The translations under genes and the position numbers were made by a program. 64,000 bases of DNA. It comes from Isurus oxyrinchus (Eukaryota). The notes below the pieces were generated by a model. That model ran no database searches. It worked only from the letters and a program-made list of their open reading frames with translations, and had not been told where the DNA came from. The stretch lies in NCBI GenBank assembly GCA_026770705.1, contig JANJGN010000039.1:8246001-8310000 (forward strand), given 5' to 3'. Shown here piece by piece: positions 62,766 to 64,000 of the stretch; the stretch's first letter is position 1, and each line of letters opens with the position of its first letter.

Positions 62766-64000
62766 TTTATCAGCACTGCTTTCTCTCTCTAACTTTCCTT
62801 ACTTTGTCCTCTTGTCTGACTGTTACCCCCTCTCTCTTTCTCAACCCACTGTTCAAATAGTGCGGTTTAAGTAGTCATTATGTTTTGGTTCTATTTATTA
62901 TGTTTTATGAGACTGTTAGTGTTTGAGTCGGCCTCTCTTTTTTTAAGTATATGAAGGCAAGTCATCTAATTCATGCTGCCTGACAGTAAAACTGGGTGCG
63001 ATAATTTTTAAAGTAAAAGGAAATCCTCAGTAGTTAAGTGGGAAGCAGGTGCCAGATATTCATAATTGGAGAGAACGATGTCTCTTTTTAATTCTCACGT
63101 GAACAGAGACTAAGTCTGCTAAGGCCTGGAAAGGCTTTTTCAATACAATTTGCAAACATTTGTCTGAACTTAGGAACAATGGACTTTGTAGCAATAGACG
63201 TACCTTCAGCCCCATGAGACTGCTCCACCAATCAAATAGATCACAGCTCATCCGGACGTGTCTCAATGACACTGTATCGCCGGTCCCACTAGCACACTTG
63301 AGTCACTTGTCTTTCAAAATCCAATCAAATTCTGCCTCGAATAAATGCTATCACCCAGCCTACACTGCTTTCTGGAGGAGAGAATTCCACATATCAATAA
63401 CACTTTGACAGATATGGACAATCTGCTCATCTCTACCATAAACAAAGATCTCTTCTTCTTAATCTGTTTCTATCGGTTCTAGTCTCCCTCACAATTGGAA
63501 ACCCCTCCCTTTATCTCCCTTATCAAATACACTCTGCATGAGAAACGTTTTTTTTATCACGTTGTGCTGTTCGAAACTCCAATGGGTGTGGGCACACACT
63601 GTCCAGCCTTATCTCATTAGAAAACTTCCTCATCATCATTCTGTAACCTGTCTTTTCGTTACTAAGATGAAAGGTCATTGAGATCATGGGTCGCTGTTCA
63701 AATTTTCTGCATGGATACAAAACTAACGTGCCTTTCGGAAGGGGGTTAGAGGATGCCATTTTGCGATCAGGTTACAGGCTTCCCTATGAAGCCCGTCAAA
63801 ACAGAGGCAGGCTGTGATTCTTTTGGTTTATTGGCAGAGTTTGCACTTTTCGTGTGGTGTGGTCAGTAGACATCTGTGAGATAGATGGGCAGCAAAATTG
63901 AGTGAGTTAGTGTCTGCCTGGGGTGGGACATGCACATCTTCAGTATGGCTGTAAGCTGTGTTTTCCCTGATGCCATTAGGAATCAACGATTTTGTGGTCA

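Noticed and set aside
46950-64000. Additional GPCR exons in the right third of the window
   Set aside because: No YYP..A..GVP exon with a donor and no 7TM-like frame was found by eye on either strand; heavily decayed remnants cannot be excluded without a translated search.

Overview
Eukaryotic, repeat-dense vertebrate DNA, most likely from a cartilaginous fish (inferred from the GPCR subtype and from the CR1/L2/RTE/Penelope/Deu-SINE repeat mix; not checked by search). The only genic content is a small cluster of GPR139-like orphan class A GPCR genes that the ORF track largely misses. Gene B (minus strand) looks intact: a 70-nt coding exon at 29831-29762 splices across an ~8.9-kb phase-1 intron to a 905-nt exon at 20823-19919, giving 324 aa. 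Gene A is a tandem paralog 24.9 kb to the left, and only its first coding exon (4940-4871) is in the window. Copy C is an inverted, internally deleted pseudogene whose coding remnant is at 41396-41881. A and B share a 185-bp non-coding block, 97% identical, with a minus-strand TATA box: a candidate promoter. A decayed Penelope-like retroelement (RT + GIY-YIG) carries a minimal hammerhead ribozyme fold, and two short copies of its terminus lie elsewhere. The rest is old LINE/SINE/LTR debris, a 51-bp minisatellite derived from CR1 coding sequence and a possible hAT transposase fossil. Repeat boundaries were set by eye and are approximate.
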